Shown piece by piece: positions 58,455 through 64,000 of a stretch of 64,000 nt of DNA. Location: positions 7,840,001-7,904,000 of the forward strand of contig OY759599.1 of NCBI GenBank assembly GCA_963662465.1, written 5' to 3'. The position numbers were made by a program, and so were the translations under genes. Origin of the DNA: Desulfatiglandales bacterium. GTDB lineage: Bacteria > Desulfobacterota > DSM-4660 > Desulfatiglandales > Desulfatiglandaceae. The stretch's first letter is position 1. Each line of letters opens with the position of its first letter. Below the pieces are notes generated by a model that saw only the letters and a list, made by a program, of their open reading frames with translations, searched no databases and had not been told where the DNA came from.

Positions 58455-58661
58455 GTAAGGTACGATTCGGCATGGGCGCTGTTTTTGCTGCATGGAAAAA
58501 AAGGTTTTACATAGTGCTATCATTACCAAATCATCATGGCTTTTTGCAACTCTAATTTGAGTGGGTTTTCAACCTTACTGTTTGAGGATCGGATTCATTG
58601 CGCTTGATGCTGGATTGTGTTCTAATACCCAGAATCTGAAACTCTAACCCATAAGGCTTAT

Positions 58662-59516
58662 ATGATGAACACCAACTGGTTTCCCAAACACATGAGATCC
58701 TCGGAAGCGCTTCTGCGGAAAAGCTTGAAATTGGCGGATGTCATTTTTGAAATCCTGGATGCCAGAATTCCCTTTTGCAGCCGGGATGAACGGATTGATT
58801 TGATTACCAGGGAAAAACCGAAAATTGTGGTTTTAAACAAGTGCGATCTGAGTGATGATGCAAGCGATGGAAAATGGGTCGCCCATTTTGAAGAAAAAGG
58901 CATTGAAGCTGTGACGGTTAGTGCGGTTCAAGGAAATGGCATCAAAAAACTCATCAAATCCGCCCACGACGTCTTGGGGGCGAAATCGTCTAAGTTGCAC
59001 GATATCAGAGACCGGCAAAAGGCCATTACGGCCCTGGTTGTGGGTATTCCCAATGTGGGAAAATCCACCATTATCAATGCCATTGCCGGAAAGAAAAAGG
59101 CCAAAATTGCCAACAAGCCGGGGGTTACAAAGGTCAAACAAAGGGTAACGACCCACAGGCATTTGGAACTGTTGGATACGCCGGGGATCCTGTGGCCCAG
59201 GGAGGATGATGAAACCTTTGAAAATCTGGCCCTTATCGGCGCTATAAAGGATGAGATTCTGGATCTGGAAACCCTTTCGATTTCATTATTGAACAAGTTG
59301 ATTGATCTTGTGCCGTCGAGCTTGGAAGTGAAGTATCAAATCCAAATCCAGGACCAAAGCCCCCGTGAGGTTCTTGAGCGTATTGCCCTAAAAAGGGGTT
59401 GTATCATGAAAAATAAAAATGTTGACTATCTGCGCGTATCGCGCATTGTTCTGGGGGACTTCAGAAAAGGCAGGTTCGGGAAAATCACCCTGGAGATGCC
59501 GGAAGGTAGCGAGTAA
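58662..59516 (+). CDS. rbgA: Ribosome biogenesis GTPase RbgA/YlqF
   Basis: NWFPKHM, DARIP, NKCD, GIPNVGKST, KPGVT, DTPGILWP, DFRKGRFG. Confidence 0.93.
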   Translation: MMNTNWFPKHMRSSEALLRKSLKLADVIFEILDARIPFCSRDERIDLITREKPKIVVLNKCDLSDDASDGKWVAHFEEKGIEAVTVSAVQGNGIKKLIKSAHDVLGAKSSKLHDIRDRQKAITALVVGIPNVGKSTIINAIAGKKKAKIANKPGVTKVKQRVTTHRHLELLDTPGILWPREDDETFENLALIGAIKDEILDLETLSISLLNKLIDLVPSSLEVKYQIQIQDQSPREVLERIALKRGCIMKNKNVDYLRVSRIVLGDFRKGRFGKITLEMPEGSE

Positions 59517-59529
59517 CCGTTTACGGTTG

Positions 59530-60165
59530 TTGGTTCACAAATGGGCCGATAAACTTTTCATTCTCAGCCTCCAGCCAAAGGCCATGACATCAGAAACCGA
59601 AGCGGAATCGGCCTGGCTTAACCGTGACTGCACCAACTTTGCTTCATGGTATCGATATCTCTCACAGGAACACCAGGACAAGATCTTTCAGTTGACGCAA
59701 CAATTACGCGTTACCATCCCCGGTTTCCATGCTTTTAAGCTGGAGCAGGCTGGAAAGCACAGGCTTCTCAAGGTCGGATTCGCCGACGGAGATGAAAATG
59801 CGTTCCCTATCTATTTCGATTTTGAGCAACTTTCTGATGGCCGGCGTGTCATGATTGTTCTTTACTCGCTTTTGCTCGGTTCGCGGGACTTGGGGTTCAC
59901 CGTTTTTATCGATGAGCCGGAAAACTATGTCTCATTGCCTGAAATCCAACCCTGGCTTATGGCGCTAAACGACGCTTGCGGAGAAGGTTTCTCCCAGGCA
60001 GTTCTCATTAGTCATCATCCAGAACTGATCGATTATTTGGGCCCGGAATGCGGCAAGTGGATTGAGCGAGATCCCCTTGGACCAACACGCGTGAAAAAGC
60101 TTCCGGAACAGATTGATAAGGGTTTGAAGCTTTCCGAGCAAGTCGCCAGGGGGTGGACGGAATGA
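59530..60165 (+). pseudogene. C-terminal half of an AAA_21-type ABC ATPase, no Walker A
   Basis: FEQLSDG, FIDEPENY, ISHHPELID. Confidence 0.75.
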
Positions 60166-60350
60166 GTATACGACGTGTGAAAATCGTACTTCTTTGTGAG
60201 GATTCACAACACGAAGCCTTCGCCAGAAGATTTCTCAAAGGAATGGGTTGGAATACAAGGGAGTTGCGGGTGGAAAAGAGCCCTTCAGCCAGTGGCTCGG
60301 CAGAACAATGGGTGAGGGAAGAATTCCCGAATGAACTCAGGATCTACTAA
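60162..60350 (+). pseudogene. 5' part of the ATPase partner gene (TOPRIM-like), truncated
   Basis: ATGA overlap; IVLLCEDSQHEAFARRFL..GSAEQWVR. Confidence 0.55.
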
Positions 60351-60457
60351 AAAAATGATAATTTTCCCCTATTCGTTTCATCAAACTCCCCTTTTTCCGC
60401 TTGCCCCGGAATGCGTTACTGTACTACCCATAGTACCTGACCATTTCCTCTCTTTTG

Positions 60458-61133
60458 TTGGGGACATGGGAGGGCAAAGTTCCAATCATTCGATCCGCAC
60501 GTAATTTACCCCGGAAACACGCAGGGATTGAGCATACGTGAGCAGGGTCCGCGGGGCTGTTATGTGGTTGACGTCGACGAGGCCCGGGAAGTGAGTCTCG
60601 AGTTTTGTCCCCTGGATGCGATTCGCTGGAAGACGCTGGAGATGGATATCGAGAACTTCCAGACATTGGATGCGCTCGATACATTCATCACGGATACCCT
60701 GGAAACCCTCTGTGAGCAGGAAGGCGACAGACCTGTCATCTGCCGAATCAGACTGACCGGAAGCGGACCTCTCTACCCTGGTCTTGGCCGCGTGGGTGCA
60801 GAGAAAGATCTGCTTTCCCGTGTCCGTGATACCGTTTTGAAGCTGGAGCCCTTTGTTTACGTTGAGAAGGTCGAAAACCTTTGCCGGCCGGAACTTGATC
60901 TTGCCAGGAGAAAACAGGAAGGGGACCTGCTCGGAGAGTTGCTGAAAATTTCAGATGATATCAGGGAAGCATCATCTGTTCGCTCGGAATTGGAGGGATG
61001 CCTGTCGGAGCTCTTTGAAAACCCGGGAATGCGAAAGAGACTCGACCTGGACGAAATTGATGACGCAGAACTGCATCAGAGTCTCGATAGCGCCGAGCGC
61101 CTGTGTATTGATCTGCTGGAGAGTTCGGGATGA
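60458..61133 (+). pseudogene. YhaO/SbcD-like metallophosphoesterase, C-terminal part only
   Basis: LGH..., VIYPGNTQG..IREQGPRGC, RIRLTGSGPL. Confidence 0.75.
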
Positions 61134-64000
61134 TCATTCGTGCCATTTTCATAGACGGATTCGGGACCTACTTTTGCACGGAAGCACGGTGTTCGAGGTG
61201 GACCCGTTGTTCTGACCATGGAGGACGGGCAGGCGCATGACCTGACTGAACTGGAAACCATTCTTGGCGGCATCTCGGGGCCGGTATTCCATAACGTGTA
61301 CGCCTTCAGCCTGGATGAATTGCAAACCTTTCAGTCCCTCCGGGATGAGGCGGTAAACACCTCGCTGTACGGGATCTCGACGGGGACCACGGCACAGGCC
61401 CTGCCCACGGCACTTTCCAGAATCGAGAAGGAGTGTGGTGTGTATTTCAAGCGCCGTGGGTCCACACCACAGATCAACCGGAAGCTTTCAGAGCTGAAAG
61501 AAATCGATCAAAAGCTGCGAATCGCCAGAAATGAAGCCGCCGGGTATGACAAGAAGGCGCTGGAAATGAGTCAGCGCGAAGAGGAAATGAGACAGCTGGC
61601 AGGTTGGCTTTCAGAGACTGAAAGGGACCTCTTTCGTTTTGAACTTTACAGAAAAATCTGGCCTGACTGGACGGAACTCAACATCGTGAAAGGAGCGTTG
61701 AACGAGCTTCCGGAAAAGGTTGAAACATTCCCTAAAGACGGTCTGCTTCGCGCTCGAACCGAAATAAAATCCCTGGAAGAATCCCGGAAAAGAGTTCGTG
61801 ATTTTGAAGCAGACATAAAAAACGCCGAAGATGCGTTGAGAGGAATAGAGATTGATTCTGATGTTCTGGAACAGGAAGATCCGATTTCAAAGCTGTCACA
61901 GGAACAAGTGCGATACGCGGATTCTGTCGCCGCCTTGAAGGAGGAGCAGGTTCGTCTTTCAGATTCCCAGAAGCAGATCGACGAGGAACTGGCAAAACTG
62001 GGCAGTGACTGGGCTGAGCAGAAAGTGATGGAAACAGACTTGTCACTTTTCAACCGCCAGACAATTCTCTCCTGGAAAGACGTGGTTCCACGGAGCCGGG
62101 TTCCCGTGCCTGGATGACAGTTTTCCTTGTTGTTTCCATTCTCTTCGGTGCGGGCGCCGTCGGCATGATGGGCTGGCTGGCTTTTCTTGCCGACCGGCTG
62201 CCGTTTCTCTCGCAAGAGGCGCGGATCCCGTCCTGGTGGACGTCCGGACTGATGGCGACCGGTGCATCCTTTTTTCTGTTTCTGGTGCTGCTCTTCGTAT
62301 TTTTATCCGCTCGAAAACAGAGAAAAAAGGCGGAACAGCTGTTTCTTTCCCTCGATGGAGAAATCCAATCACTAAAAAAGAACCTGAATGAACTCGAGGC
62401 TGCCCGGGAAGAGAAGAAGCAAGAAGCTGCAAATCTGGCCGGAGAGCTTGAGGTTGAAGTGCCGGAAAGGGAAGAGGACGTTCAGCCGCTTGAAGACCTG
62501 TTGCAGGAAGATATCCTGGTTTTGAGAGAAAGAGAAAGGATACACGCCTTCCTGGAAAAGCTCGATGAAGAGGTTGTGAAGCGCCGGAAAGATCTAGATC
62601 AACTGCGAGAGCAGTCCGGAGAAAACGAGCGGAACTTTCTCGAATCCAGGGAATCATGGGACCGCTTTGTAAAAGATCTGGGGTTCAGTTCAAAAATTGA
62701 ACCAGGGATGGTCAGGGTCATATTTGAAAAAATAGATAAAGCCAGGGGGGAACTTGCCCAGGTTCAGGACCTTCGACGTCGAAAAGACCTGATGGCCAAA
62801 GAACGAGTTCGATACATGTCTCTTGGAAAGAGCATTCCCGCCATGGCAGACCATGTAGCTGGCGACCCTGCCGTGTTCCTTGATGCGGCGGATCGATTTT
62901 TCGAAAGAGAAAGGGAACAGGAACAACTGCGCCGCAGGATTAGGACAGACAGTCAGCGTCTGGAAGAAGAGGAGGCAGCGCTTGCCCTTCTGCAGACCGA
63001 AATTGACAACAAAAGGGAGGAACTGCGTCTGTTTCATGGCGAGATGGATCAGTTCAGAAAAAAAGAATGGGGCATGTGGCTCCTCAAACAGGGACTGCCT
63101 GAGTCTCTGTCCCCGGAAATCGCTGTCGAGGCCCTATTTTCGATCGATCGTTGTAAACAGGCCATTCTGGAAAAACAAAACCACAGGACCAGGATCCCCT
63201 CACTCGAAACCTTTATCCGGGACTACACTGGAAGCGTATCCGACCTGGCTCTAAAGACAGGTAGACCGGCACCCGCTCCGGAACAGATTGAGATGTTTGT
63301 TCAAATACTAAGCAGACATCTGAGGGAAAACCTGAAGAAACAGTCAGACCGCGAGGTGCTGGGGAAGCAGATTTCCGGAATTCAGGGTTCTGCCGGGAAG
63401 GAAAAAAGAAACCTTGACGAAATTGTCAACAGGATGACCCGCCTGTATGAACAGGGGGGAGCAACAACACATGATGATTTTCTACACCGGGGCACGATGT
63501 TCGAGAGACAGGAATCGTTACGGAAAGCACGGCGCCAACATGAAGACAGCACCAGGAAGATTGCGGGTGACCCGGATTTGGAAACTTTGAAGACAAAATT
63601 GAAGGAGCTGACAAAAGAGCGTGTGGAAGAGCAAGTTCGCGCGCTCCGTTCTGAAAAAGAAGAGATGGAGCCGGGACTGGAAAAGCTTCGACAGGAAAAA
63701 GCCGACCTGAACGCTGAGCTGAAGGCTTTGCAATCCTCGGATGACATTGTCTTCTTGAGGACTGTGGAAGAAGGTAAGCTTGCGGAGCTTCGGGACATGG
63801 CAAGGGAGTGGAGTCGATGGAAGGTGGCCGGGCTCCTTCTCCAGAAGGCCCGGGAGAAGTTTGAAAGAGACCAGCAACCTCAAATCATACAATCTTCGTC
63901 CGACTATTTCAAAAGAATAACGAAGGGAAAGTATTCAAGGATTGTTCTGCCCGTGGGGAGCAAAACGCTGGAGGTTATCGGATCCAATGGAACCAGGAAA
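61130..64000 (+). pseudogene. YhaN-like coiled-coil AAA ATPase with deletions and frameshifts; runs off the window end
   Basis: MIIRAIFIDGFG, then Walker A missing; FHNVYAFSLDELQ; shift near 62080 to an open frame with TM helices and ...ERDQQPQII..YFKRITKGKY. Confidence 0.8.

Overview
This 64-kb window is a mosaic, accessory-rich segment from a bacterium whose gene content and style suggest Desulfobacterota (Deltaproteobacteria); that assignment is an inference. Apparently intact genes include a 7TM-DISM sensor kinase and OmpR-type regulator pair divergent from an 885-aa lipoprotein, an SphA/MetA-type barrel, MFS and amidohydrolase, DctM, HipBA, Fic, SNF2 plus SWIM, hisF, catalase, a B12 radical SAM enzyme, a DacA-YbbR fusion, UPF0182, ppiB, an S74 fibre protein, an Mla/Pqi-type ABC operon and rbgA. 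Between them lie many short gene remnants joined end to end (BREX PglX, MscS, receiver, PEP-utiliser, DctP/DctQ, GspE/PilB, AAA ATPase, YhaO/YhaN). Roughly a dozen intact or broken toxin-antitoxin loci are present. Features missing from the ORF track include a canonical integron attC site after hicAB, directly followed by a Nif11-type RiPP precursor, plus further attC relics. There is also a RAYT (Y1) element bounded by terminal inverted repeats with a deleted second copy, a 253-bp MITE with a 10-bp target duplication, the 5' domain of a group II intron, and several intergenic 7-9 bp tandem repeats. No rRNA, tRNA, CRISPR array or integrase was seen. All family calls come from motif recognition by eye, not database searches.
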